Shown: positions 26,391-39,387 of the stretch, piece after piece | How positions within the stretch are numbered: position 1 is the first letter of the stretch | Layout of the letters: every line of letters starts with the position of its first letter | From: Fimbriosthenelais zetlandica | Taxonomy: Eukaryota | Direction of reading: 5' to 3' | Assembly (NCBI GenBank): GCA_977030845.1 | Contig: OZ365118.1 | Span: 2,542,001 to 2,606,000, forward strand | DNA length: 64,000 bases | The notes under the pieces: generated by a model | The model's input: only the letters and a program-made list of their open reading frames with translations | Told to the model about the DNA's origin: nothing | Database searches by the model: none | Program-made: the position numbers and the translations under genes

Positions 26391-27045
26391 TAATCATCAT
26401 TATAACTACCCATGCGGGCGATAAGAAAACTTTAGAATGGGAATTATATGATGCAGAAATAGGTGAACTCCATAAGAAAGGATGGCTCCAGTCGATATGA
26501 TGAAAAAACCTTCATCCCAGAAGGCTTTATTGAAAAAGGTAATTCGATTTATAGCCAGCAAGACAACAGTGGAGTTCACCCAAAACAAGTGAAAGGCATA
26601 AAACCATAGTTAGGAAATAAATCTATAATTTACTTACTTAAAGGAGCAATAGAGGATTTAATCAAAGGGTCTAATTGTTTTATTTTTGGGATGTAAACAT
26701 TTAGGTCTGTTAAAGGACATTGTGTTTCTCTGTCAGTAATCCCAGGACAAACATCCTAATCTAGGATTACAGAGGAAATAGCAGAGCGGTTGAAAGTTTG
26801 ATTAGACCAGGGATTACAGTGAGGGTTTGTACAAATAGCTTAGCCACAGAAGCTGCTTTAAGAGGAGGTGTTATTCTAGCTGTCCCCTCCACTGAGCACC
26901 GCCATTCAGTGACAAAATCTCACACTGAGAGACTGGCGACCAAGTGACTGAGCGATAATAGAGGCAACTAATGGAGCGTCACATGACAGGCTTATAGTCT
27001 GCAGGTCCTCGCCTTTTCAACTTGTTCACAGGTGTGTTAGTATAG

Positions 27046-27105
27046 GGGGAGGCGGAGAGGGAGGCGGAGAGAGAGGAGAGAGAGGCAGAGAGTGAGGAGA
27101 GGAGG
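27046..27105. repeat. GA-rich low-complexity tract
   Basis: GGAGGCGGAGAG twice, then GAGAG/GAGG units. Confidence 0.8.
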
Positions 27106-30100
27106 ATTTCCACCACTTCTCTATAGAGAAGTAATTGGCGGAGGAGAATCTAAGGCAGTATTTGTATCAGAGACCTGAAATCCCTATGGCTTCACTTAGA
27201 ACTTATAGTCCTTCTTCAAGGTCTTTGCAACTGAAGTGGACCCAGAAACGATTAATCTTTATTTGACAAAATATCAAAAAAAATATGTGTTAAAAGTTAT
27301 AGGTACATTGGAATATCTTACTTTTTGGTAGTTTTATAAAGAGCCACGAAAGTGCAATGACCCAATAGCGGGACTATAACCTGCTTGCTGTGGCTTCAGC
27401 CAGATAAATGGATGGCTTCTGTGAGAATGAATGGCTTCCATGCTGGATTATTAAAATAGCCTGGCCTCAGCTACAGACCTGAGTTAATTAACTTTTACCT
27501 GAACAATCAATCTATCAATGAGCTGCGAATGTTAATCCTGACAAAACTACAGGAAGGAAGCTCAAGCTCTCTCCTTATACACTCCCTTCTCTCTTCCCTC
27601 TCTCCTAAATATTTAGAGAATATATTTGAGCATTTGATCGAGCAGCTCTTGGTGAGAGTGAGAGCAGGTTAGAGAAGTCCCAGATCCTGGTTTATTAGCT
27701 CACACGACCCGTCACCAAACTAGATTCATTCTCAATGATTCTCGGAAATGAGCAAATCACCATCCCCTCATTCCTGTATAATCTATCTAATGTACCAGGC
27801 TCGAGCTTCTACCTGCTAAAAAAGCCAGAAAATTTAATTTCCTATCAGATTTCTACCAGCAACTGTGACCCAAGTCCAAATATAACCTTGCCAGACATCA
27901 GTTTATATGTATAGGCAGTGCAAAATATACAAAAACATAATACTGGATGAAGTGAAATGGATTTGAACCTGATTATACCTTTCTATATATAGAAAGATAA
28001 TATAGGTTGCCTGAGCCTGTTCTATAATGTATTTCCAAGTTAAATAGTATGATTTGAACGCACGTTCAAATAGAATGCGACTATAGATTGTGGATTGTAA
28101 CATGTCGGGGGACATGTATTATTGTTTGAGGTGAATAGAGGAGCAATAGATGTCCATCTATCATGTCATGAAGCCTCCAGCACACCCTGGTGCTCAGTAA
28201 ATAATAGATTCACCTGTCTATAATACTTTACTGATTGATATAGCCATGTATACCGTCATATTAACATAATACCGTATATACACCTCTCACCATCTCAAAT
28301 CATCCCATTTTAATACAATACAAGGGGACAAATCATTCTGGAATATACGGCAATACAAATTGAATGATTTTGTCCATATATAAATGGCATATTATCCATA
28401 GATAATTGCCGTAGTTTTCTGTATTTTATATTTATAAAGTTCAAGGCGTTCAGTGGGTGGAGTACGGTATTGTTATCCCTTGGGGGCTAGCTGTGGGACG
28501 CTGGCTACCTGACTGTATGTACAATATTCCCGGTCAGCCTCGCGGGATCACACAAAAAGGTTATCTAAAACAGGCCACATACAATACACACTCTTCACCA
28601 TATATCTATATCACCAATATCGATTTCCAGGCCATTCATCTATTTTTAAGGGATTGGATTGCATGGCGCTGGGCTGAGTCAAGGTTTGGCCTTTATTGGT
28701 TGTAGTATGCAGGGTGTAAGACTATACTCGTGAATCTCAATTATAGACTGATTTAGGTCGGTATACAAAGTTAATGGGGTAGGGAGAGGGCAGCTTGATG
28801 CCGCATAATTATCATGATTTTATTGACAGGGTTAGCCTATAAAGTAGTATATAACATAGTAATAACATTAACCCGCTGGCCCTGATCTGGCCAGGCAGGG
28901 GAGGTGAGTAGGTATGCCACTAGGGGGGAGTTAGACTAATGGGCAAATGTAAAATCAATACATTTTAAGTGCAGGCGTAGAGAGGGGTTTGATGGACATG
29001 TACATTCTATACTCATGCATGCATGGCCAGTGGATATATAGAGGGAATGTGTATACCAGAAAACATGTTAGAAGGTACTAAATATACTCTGTGATGCTCA
29101 ATGTTCGGAGTATAACATCTAGGTTCAGTCAAGAAAGCCTTTGATAGGTTGACGCTGAGTATAGTTTCCTACACTCACAGGTTATGCCCGGGTAATACCT
29201 ATAAACCATTCTATTCCCCCAAATAACATCTTCCCAGAGATGGATAAGAGCCGTAATGCATTAATAATATTCCATTTATGCTTCCATCTAGCGAGGTAAT
29301 GTAGGCGTTTTCATCTACACATACCTTTTACTGGGCATGTATTCTGTATTCCCCTCCCGTCAGTAATGGTCAGGTACGTGAGGTGTGGTCATATATTTAT
29401 CGTTATTTATCGTTAACATTTGTGTGTTTTTGCATCATTAAATGAAGAGGAAGATGAATTCTATGAGAGTAATGTACCTCCCAGGTCTACACATGTAAGC
29501 CAGGCAGTGTGTACCATTGAATGTGGGCAAGAAAAAGCCCTGATGAGGCAAGCAATTACCTCCATTAAGGACTACGGATTAGTAGAATTACCCCGTAGAT
29601 AGGCAGGGTACGGACTGATTTAGGATCCAACATTTCACCAGGTCTCAATGGTAAATGGTCAAAGAAATTAGTAAAATTAGTATTTAGAAATCAGCCAATA
29701 CAAATGAATGTATTGGACTAACAATGGCAGACGGAATATGGCTTTTCAGATGATGAATGGTTTGGGAAACCTAGTCTAAAGGGAAAAGTTTCACACAAGA
29801 GAATGAAACTCAATCCTCCTTGTATTCATTATCAACATGGTGATCATATCAAAAGTTGTGACAAAAATGACAGTATCGATAAACTAACCATGGCATTGTT
29901 CAAGCAGAACATTCGTCAGTTACTTTCATAAACATTTCTTGTTTCAAATCGCATTCTTTTATTATTCGTATTCATCAACACTATCGGGAACATCTCCAAT
30001 CTTTTAATTCCAACAAAATTGCTTTTTCTGCTAAGTTGTGATAAAAATAAGCATCCTTCCAGCCAGGATGCTCCGATATCTCAATCCACGATCTGCGGCG

Positions 30101-31126
30101 TGAAACAGATACGTCACGTGACGAAATATGGCCATGACAACGCGTCTCACATTCAAGCATATCAGTTATGGAGATTTTAAGCGGAGAAAAAGAACGATAA
30201 CTGTTTTCAATAGCAGAGGCATTTTCTTAGAAACGTCGGAGTGAAAATCGAAGCCACATTGATATTCCATAAAGTTTCTACTATACTGGAATACGAAGAG
30301 ATTTGTTGATATAGGCCTATTCTGTAAATGGTTTATATATTTTACCATACAGATTTTCGAATGGAAAGAAAGGAATGTCACCAACGAATTAGCGATCATC
30401 ATCACTGATTTGAATAACGGTTTGTGATGCAGAAGCCATTGGTTAGACAGAGAGGAATGCAAGAGTGTTGGAAAGTCGCAGAAAAATTATGGAAAAATGA
30501 GAGGCTATGCTCCAGATACGGTGCCGTCTGAGGGTTGGGAGTGGGGTAAGTCTGGGAATGAGGGAATGTGGGAGTTTTATTGAGCTCTGAGCGGGGTAGG
30601 TTCGATTTGATGCCACCCAGACCGTTTTGATTGTCATGATTCAGCAGACCTGTAAGCTGAACCAGGTCCGGGCACCTGGGGGCGGATTCACAAAACATAC
30701 TGATCCAATCTTAACACATATCCGCTCTAAAACTGCTAATATGTACATGGAGTTAGGTGGATTTTGAATGTTAAAGAAAACAAAGTTGGAATTGTTCCTT
30801 AATGGTTTAACATTCCCTCAAATAACTGTGAAATTATGGTAGTAGATCGGATACATTTTTAAGCTACCCTTACTTGACAAACCTTGCACAAATGGAGGTT
30901 TTTTTTACGATACAGCCCCGCAATGTAACATTCAGGTTCCCGTATTAGCCTTGACACACGGCCCGGGGACCCGCGGGGGCTTCAAACACTCCCAGGGCGG
31001 CAAGGGGCGCAACGAGCGGTAAAAATACCCACCATGACCATGTGGCGGGAATTAGGCCGGTGTGTGGGGAAAAATAAAATAAATCTGATGTGAAAAGCAA
31101 ATATGTCATAATAAATGGATATGTAT

Positions 31127-31197
31127 GGGGGAGTGGAGAGTGGGGGGGGGGAGTGGAGAGTGGGGGGGGGGGGGGAGTGGAGAGTGGGGGGGGGGGA
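31127..31197. repeat. (GAGTGGAGAGT-polyG) x3, G-quadruplex-capable
   Basis: Three GAGTGGAGAGT units separated by long G runs; run lengths may be sequencing-uncertain. Confidence 0.93.
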
Positions 31198-31575
31198 CTG
31201 GCTGGTAGAGGTCCATACAGGGACTACAGACCTCCTGCTGATATCACAGATTGTCATAAGATATTCTATATAATGAACAACCAACAGGTGGGTGAGGGGG
31301 GTTGGATTAAATCAATTCTACATTCCTTCTACCACTCTCAAAGATTAAAGCAAGACAAATACAAATCCTGATGTATGTCAACTGTATATGATGATGACAG
31401 CGTTAGCACAAAGCCAGATTTGTGGAAATATTTGACAGAAATTTCTCTAATGATGGTATAAGAAAGTGGAGATATCATGGAGAAGGGACTGAATGATAAG
31501 ATTGACAATAGTGTTAATAAAACATGTACTCATTCCCTCACACATTAGCCATCAATACCTCTACATGATTACAGA

Positions 31576-31591
31576 GGCCGCCAGATGGCAC
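31576..31591 (+). promoter_or_regulatory. CTCF-like site
   Basis: GGCCGCCAGATGGCAC matches the CC(A/G)CYAGRKGGCRS core. Confidence 0.5.
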
Positions 31592-34205
31592 TTGTCACAT
31601 GTCTGTCTCTAGGTAACCATGATACAGATGTAACCATGGTAACTGATACTCAACAAGTGTGTGAGTAACGAGGTATGGACATTGTCAACGTCAAGTCACG
31701 TCTGGTCACGTCGTCATGTCACGTCGTGTCGCGACATGACGGGCTGCTAATGTGTCGTTATCTTGACAGGAGATAGTCCATGACTTAAACCTTGACACGT
31801 TATTTACAGCTACACCTCGCGTGATATCTCACCAGTAAATCTCCTTCCATAAACTTAATTAAAGTTTTCTCAAGGTTGTCACTCGCATTTTCTTCCAAAT
31901 CAATGCATCATGACAGTCTATTTCTCCCTGGTATTCAACTCAGAAGTTCCTACTGGAAATTCCAAGACAAATCTTGAAATATTCAAGTCACTTTTTCATG
32001 ACAGGAGTGACAAAAATAAGAAGCAGCAAATCCTTTGATTATTCTATTGGATCTAAAAATTCAACATAAAATGCAACTGCTCCGTCAGTTTCCCAAATAA
32101 ATTTCGTCATCAAATGAGGCCATTGAGTACAAACTAAAGTCACCTGCTCTATTTATAAGGAGCTACTCAGACTTTGAACTCATAACCTGTTTTTGACTTA
32201 CAAGATAATATGAAGTGGCGCTGAGAAAGGTTTCTTATGAGCGGAGTTCTTGTGTGTGGCTTTTATATACTTGTATCAAGTATATGATGGAAACCAGACG
32301 TCTAATGGGGCAAAGGCCTTCACGAGCAACTCTCATGATACAAATGAGCACATGTGAGTAGGTCAGAGGCTGACAGATGTATATTTAGATGTTTATACCA
32401 CCTAATAATGGAGGAGTAAAAGCCTTCTCATTTGTACATCATCTTAAAGTTCAGCCTCACTCCACAGACGACTCGGGATCAATCTTCTAACAAAAACAAA
32501 CGCCTCAGAATGCTATATAGACTGGAAGGAAGCGATTGAGTGCCAGCTTTTTAACCTGATCTTTTCTGAATGGGACATAAACTTTGCCTTTGTTTATCTT
32601 TGTTCGTTTTAAGTTCAAGTCTTAAAGGTCATTGTACTAGTGTTTCAGGCAACTAAACTACAGGGAAATAGGGAATTCCTGGGAGAAAGAACAGCTGCTG
32701 GTCACTTACTATTTCAAGGATTCGGGTATATTAGGTTTCTTGTGAATTGTTTGAATTTTAGAATCTACCATATACGTGTATATAATGGCATATTTTCAAA
32801 GAGTCTAAGACAAATCATGTAGCCACTAATTGGAGGATGAAAATCGGTTAATGTTCTAAACATACTTCAGATCAAATACAAAGGTCATCTTTAAGCGTAT
32901 ATGTATCTCTGTTATCCCAACAAATGACAAACCTAGAACGCCCACCTTCCATTAGAGCTGGAACCATAATTAAACTAATTCCCGTTAGCGGGGGAATGAG
33001 GACCTTCTGGTATGTCGTGGTATTCAGTATAGTACAGACTTGTAGACAGACTCACAATAAGGACCCACTCTCAACCATTGCCTGTATTTGTTGGGATCTG
33101 CCCGACCTTCAGCACCAGGGAACATCTTTTCACTTTGAAATAAAAACCCTCAAAATGAGTGTCATTGTTTGTCGTGCCATGCCCGGCAGGCGTCCATTAT
33201 AAGTATGACAAACCATCTGGCAGCAATCACCGGGGCTTGTCAGGCTCTTCACGCTATAATTCCTGCTCAATTCACCGTTTCTTGGAGGGTCAACTTAGGG
33301 TATTTACCGGTGAAAGAACCTAAGTCCGAGTGGTCAAGGGAGGGAGCTTTCAATCCAGGAAAAAGAGGGAGATAATTAGTTAAGGCAATGACAGTAATGT
33401 GGGCCTTCCGCTGGGTGGCTCTGTAAGCATGGTGGCAGCGTGATGTCTTCATTGCCTCGCGGCATCTCGTGCAGAGCGAGTTTTCACGAGACGTCCCTTT
33501 GACCTTGCCAGCCTAACGTGTCATATTCCTGAAAGGCATGAGTGACATTCAGCCGAGTGTAATGATAACTTTTAGTCTGAGTTGATTTTATCAGTTCTAA
33601 ATAGACTCATTGTGACAGAAATGGCATCATGGTTGCATAACTCCCAGCGTTTTATGAAACAGCATGAACGGTAGGCCCCATAGCATGGTTGGCCTATAGA
33701 TGTGCTATATGGTCTCATAAACATACGCTAGGATGGCGCGTGAATATGGAGCCCCATAATTAACACAGTGAGAGGGAGTCGTAATAACGCGGCTAAATGA
33801 CAGTTATTCTCTCTAATTATTCCACTATATATTAACCAATAAATACAGTCATTATCCTGGATGGCTCGAGATTCATCATCCATATGGTCTACCATGTAGA
33901 ATCACAGCCAGTGATAAACTATACTAATGCCTACATCTGCTTCATCTCCTCCATAAACCAGTGCATTTTCCTCATAATGTGATGACATTTCGCCATAAAA
34001 TAACATTTTCCATAACTTTTCCAGTAGTCTGGCTGTTTTTCTAGGGCTTTCTAGTTCTGGAAAGCAGTTTTTTCCAGGACACTCCAGGAATATAGTTAAG
34101 AGTTGAGAAGGTAGACCGGATGGAACCTGGAATTTACCAAAAGGGCAGAAGCCCTTCAATAATTGATTTCACGTCCTCACTGGGGGATCCATTTCCACGG
34201 TGGAC

Positions 34206-34263
34206 GCGCCTCCTAGTGTGAGCCTTTGTACTAACCACTCACCCCCGCCACTAGAGGGCTCTG
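34206..34263. promoter_or_regulatory. Divergent pair of CTCF-like sites
   Basis: ACACTAGGAGGCGC on minus (34206-34219) and GCCACTAGAGGGCTCTG on plus (34247-34263). Confidence 0.4.
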
Positions 34264-34902
34264 CCTGTCACTGAGGGCACCAACATGGCCGACTGGTCGT
34301 CTTTAGGTTCCGCCTATTTCCCGCACAATAAAGTGTTCTTATCTATATCAATACAAAGGGAGATATATTCAATAAATGCGCCGCACTATCAGTCCCATCT
34401 GTGGCTGGCGAGGCTGGCCAAGCTGCAGACAGTAGCAATTTTAGTCTGGGGAGAGAATAGGGAGGATTGATAGGGACGGGTTCCCTCTCTATGACAGACT
34501 TGTAATGGGAATGGTGGCTTTATGGAGGTCATATATTTTCTGTAACTAGTTTTGAGCGAGCTAGTTAAAATAAACATCTAAATCTCTGTATCATTGGAAA
34601 GTTTTTTAATAAGCACAGACCAGATTCAAAGGCAATGGACTGGCATGAATGCAACTCGAAGCAACCTAAAGTTTATAGTAATAAATTTAACATTTAGCAA
34701 ACGTGGCTAAATTGTTGGACATTATCATTTTTACCAGCAGTAAGGATCTTAAAGGTTTGACAAATCACCTTGTTCTGTCATGACTGCCAGGTAGCCCCCC
34801 CCGCCCCCTGCGTGTTCAGGTAACCACCGACATCAATCATTCTGGTGTTAAACACAGGAAAATGACCAAAGATGGTCTCATAATTGTAAGACGGTTTAAC
34901 GA

Positions 34903-35081
34903 CTGTCAAAGACATGGGAGTCGGCGGATGGCGTGACTCTGACAGTGTCACATCTAACACTGACAGCTGGCATTGTCAGCTCTTTCCCAGCTTGTCCTCG
35001 CCCACTGACAGCAGATTTAATTATAATTGTCTGACGCTGCTTTTGTGACAGTGACAGTAACTTGACAGTTGCTATGGTGAC
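34903..35081. promoter_or_regulatory. Homotypic TGACAG (MEIS/PKNOX/TGIF-type) cluster with X-box
   Basis: Seven TGACAG/CTGTCA hexamers plus two TGTCA in about 165 nt; GTTGCTATGGTGAC 35068-35081. Confidence 0.5.
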
Positions 35082-35706
35082 CGTTGCAGCAGGTCATCAT
35101 CTGTGGAGTCATGGCTTGGTCTGCCTCTCACAAGGTCTGTAGACATTCAATGTAGAGGATCCAATTATATGATCCCAGGCATTGTTAAACTCATCCCCAA
35201 CGGTCTTAATCTTTAGATTTGTAAAGGTTCTCAGGTTAAATCCATATCTTCCATTATATTAACTATAAGAAAGGGGTTGATATAATTAATAATTCATGGG
35301 ATTAGGGTTCCATGGAAGTTCGTCTCAAAGAGCAGGGTCCTTGTCCCCTAGGGCAGCTCTTGGGGAGGCTTAATATGAATGCCATCAAAAACAAGGTCTC
35401 ACAGAAGTAATGGCATGAGCGTGCATCTATGGAAATATTTCCCTTGGAAGCGGAAACCTGGCTATTGAAGCGGGTGCATGCCTCCCCTGTACATCTGATT
35501 GAGAGGCTTTGAACTGAGGGAATGTAGGAGAGAGTTGAGAGGGAGCCCAGGGCATCCTAATTCACCACCTCCTTCTACCCTAAATAATCACATCTCAGAA
35601 AGATGACCGGAGAATCCCAATTTTTTTTCCTCCATTTTTAATGACACGCCCCTTGGTTTAGAAGTGTGGAGCTATGAGAGGAACGTTAAGGACGGTTATT
35701 TTTTTA

Positions 35707-35985
35707 TTTGTCCACCAGGGCGTGCTGTATGCCCGTACCTGAAACCAGGCCCGCATATCAAACAGCACTCTATAAAACACACAGAAAAAACACAGGTATT
35801 CTGTGTGTAGGCCCATACGGTCTGTATTCCCCACCCATAGTTTTTATCCACGCCCAATAAAAGCGCATAGAAGGAGTGTATTTATCTTCTAAGTTTGTCA
35901 GACGTGCGAGTAACCATAGACTGACACTGGGAGGCGCTGCTGACGGCGGGCGGTTTATTCCTCACCACGCCGCTAGGTGGACAAA
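35707..35985. mobile_element. Possible MITE-like element bounded by imperfect inverted repeats
   Basis: TTTGTCCACC (35707-35716) and GGTGGACAAA (35976-35985) are exact reverse complements and extend inward with two gaps; no clear target-site duplication. Confidence 0.25.
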
Positions 35986-38900
35986 ACACACACATAAAGA
36001 TGAAAAAACACCCCAAATATAAACCAGAAAAAAACGGGGGGTGGTGGTATGAGGAACGTCCGACTGAACGTCGTGTACGCTGACGGACGCTCACCTGTCC
36101 TCTTTGTGACGTCACGCCTGGTTTAGCAAGGCGGTGTCAAGTGAATAGTACCCCCCGCAAAGATGTGAAGATGTCATTTAATTCACGATCCGACCCAATA
36201 AAGCTGAACATCTTCAAAGAGGGATGGAAATATTGTCAATAAACATGAAGGGGAATTCTCTTATACTTTGTAAGACACCTTTATAACCATTCACCTTTCT
36301 TAGTCTGAGATCAAAGAATAGAGAATGCACTAAACACTGACAGTCACATACATGTGATAAATAATAAGAATGCGCTTTTGAATCAGTTCACATTCCATGT
36401 TTTTAGGCACAAATTCCCATCTAATTGCGTCACATTATATACGAAATGCCCTTTAATACTGTATGTTTCAAATCATTGCCATCTCCAATACACAGCAGTG
36501 TGATCCAGTAGTGAATAGTTTATATCATATTTATGTATGGATTAAACCCCCAACCACCATACCCTTATCATACAATACCCATACTAAATATGTGCCGCAG
36601 CAGCTGCCTGCCATTCGATGAAAACCAAATATATAAATCTTGAAATATAACATATTTCATGGCACTTAAATACCAGCATGTAGCAATTTCATTCTAACTG
36701 ACGCTTTTGCACTTAACTTTGTCTGATGTCACAGAATGTGGACAAAGAATGTCCACTCATTGTCTGAGGGAAGGTCTACACAATCAAGGTGTTAAAGGCC
36801 TTTGAAAGGGAAATAGCAATTAACACGTGATGTAATAATGACGGACTAATTCCGCCTTTACATGATGGAGTTACCTAACACTAAATTTAATGATGAATCA
36901 TTAGTGAGTGTAGGAGGAACAATGAGACTATTTCCTCATAATAATGGCCCACGTTAAGACCCACAAATAGTTAACTCCAAACAGATGCCATACTGACCCA
37001 CGCCTGCTAGCACTCAAACCTACTGCCTCTACCTTTATTCCAAGGTCCGAGGACTCCCCCATGACCACTACAATAGGTAACACAACACTTAGACGGAGAG
37101 AAAGAGAAGAGAGGAAGTGACGGAGAGAACAGAGGAGAGAAAGAAGAACAAAGAAGGGAGAGAGATGAGAGGGAGCGGCTGTGACAGTTAGAAATGTGAC
37201 CTTGCAGGGAGTGTCCATAATTCAGGGAGTAACTAGGGGGTGATGGGTCAGATTGATGACCTCTATAACATCTATACACCTCTGGTCTCTTCCCCACACA
37301 CCTCACTTCACATCAAGATCAGCCCATCTCATCCCTTCAGGTGGTCTGTGTGTGTCTCCCCCAACACTTGGTCAAATTACACCCGAAAAAAATACCCCAT
37401 TCACAGTTGTCTCTGTGCATTTATCTTACTATTATCAACTCGTCAGTGTATTTTTTTCACATCGGTTATCACTAAATAAATCGCTAACAAGGTATAGTTT
37501 GTCAGATCCAGTTAGACAATGTGGAGGTGAGATATTGCCCAATAAAGTAGAAAAAGATCCGCTCAATAGAACCAATGAATCATAGACTGTTTGAAGGACT
37601 GGTATTATTGAGGGATGTACGTGTAAAAGGATCCGTCAGACGGTCTCAGATTGCCATCTCTGCCCACCACAGGCAGGTAGGTGTCCGATTGTAGCCTTCT
37701 ATAAAGTTTAAAGCGAGATAAGCCACGAAATACAAGCACAAAACACTGTAAAAATAACTTCAATGTATGTGACAGAATTGTGGATGTTCACAAAAAGTGG
37801 CTGGAATAACGATATGATTGAGGGAGGTCCTCTACCATTAGCTAGCTCACAAACAAGATAGGTACACATCCACTGCACCTGAGTGACGACCCGGTTTTAG
37901 TCAAATGGAGAAGCTTTAATGGGTTTTGTGGTGGATAACAATGATCCTCAGCGCCACCCTGCGGCCTGCCAGGACAAGTGGATTTGTTGTGGGCAAGTCA
38001 GGCCTGTAATGTGTGCATTGACCGCCAGGGGGGGGGGGCAAGGTCAAGGTCGTGTTGGCATAGGTGTACAGACAGTCAATGTGAGGCAAATATACAAGTG
38101 TACATCTCACCACAAGATACAGGCTAAAACACAGAGCAAGGTGTACTGCAAGGCAAATATCAGAATATTCAAAGAATAAAGTGTACATCAAAAAGTTTTC
38201 TGTATGGATTCTTGGCAGATGACTTGAAAACGTCCAAGTATAAGGCCAGGATAGATCTTTGGGATAATGGTGTAATGTATCCTGAGGCCAGAGGATGCCT
38301 GGAGTATTGTCCATAAAAACGGCCAAAATAACGTCAAAAATAACATAACTCGAGGCGTATAGTACAAGGACACCTGCCTGCCATTATGGCTCTAATAGAA
38401 TCCAAGACAGAATGCCAAGCCAGAAAAACATCAAGGATCATGATAAAAAACATTCAGACAATGATCAGAATGCAATTGTTAAAGGACAATAGTATTATAT
38501 TATAGCAAATATAAATGAAATCCATACATGAAATAGGTATATTTACGAAAACATGTTTTTGAAATGTGAATAGATGTTCACATGGCCTTGGGAGATAGTG
38601 AGAGTTAGTGGAAACCAATCATGACATGAGAGAGTGAGATAAAGGCTCATGTGAGGTGTGTAATTCACAGCCCAGGTGTGAATAGTGAGAGGTGTACAGC
38701 TGAGAGCCAGGTATCAGGTACACCCTCACCGTACATGAACTCTGCAGCCAGGTAAGGCTGAGACACGGCAGGTCAAACTAGGACCGTTATCTTTAACAGT
38801 GCCAAGTAGGTGGACACTCAGACGTTCACTAAGAACAATGTAATAACATTAGAGGCAAAATTGAGCAGGAGCCAAAAAGGATGGATCCTAGAGGCAATGG

Positions 38901-39277
38901 TGTATGTATGAAGTAAAGATGGCTGGAGGGAGGTGAGGTGAGGAGGGTCCAGTACAGTGAAGGCTTGTAATGTATGTGAATCAACACTGAGAGGGCAGAC
39001 TTGGTTGATTGCCTCAAGCGCTGGCTTTTTCCAGATTGAGATTGAGATTGAAAGCAGATCGTTTTCTAGTCAGGTCTCGGCCAAGACATAGTAAAAAAGA
39101 AAGCAGGCCTTTCAGAATCAAACCGGGAGATTCCACCATAGAGGCGAACATCTCCAAGGAGCTCGACTAGAGCTGGGGTGTTTTTACCACATTTTCAATG
39201 GCGGGTTATTGTGTGGGGAGCTGTCAGTGTTGGTTGGCTTTATTTTGATACAAACGTCAGTAATTAGACGCAGACAA

Positions 39278-39387
39278 AGGCGGGGATAAATGTATCAATC
39301 AGCCAGCATTGAGGGTGCGAGCAGAGAGCAACAGCCAATCAGCATCACGTCCACCAGTTGAACTTCCGGCTTGTCAGCCAATGACAG
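39278..39387. promoter_or_regulatory. GC-box, two CCAAT boxes and ETS site
   Basis: AGGCGGGGA 39278, AGCCAATCAG 39333, ACTTCCGG 39362, AGCCAATGA 39376. Confidence 0.5.

Noticed and set aside
27115-27132. 18-bp perfect palindrome ACTTCTCTATAGAGAAGT
   Set aside because: Roughly 0.2-0.3 expected by chance in 64 kb; no supporting context.
27499-27546. 48-nt minus exon candidate with a good acceptor
   Set aside because: Stops in all three frames and a mediocre donor (GTAAAA).
34530-34752. Possible remnant of a TTAA-type non-autonomous DNA transposon (TATCATTGGAAAG word, end resembling CAGT...TTAA)
   Set aside because: Only one degenerate end; no matching terminus or second copy seen.
34908-34918. 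AAAGACATGGG matches positions 3-13 of miR-71
   Set aside because: The 5-prime and 3-prime parts do not match and there is no hairpin.
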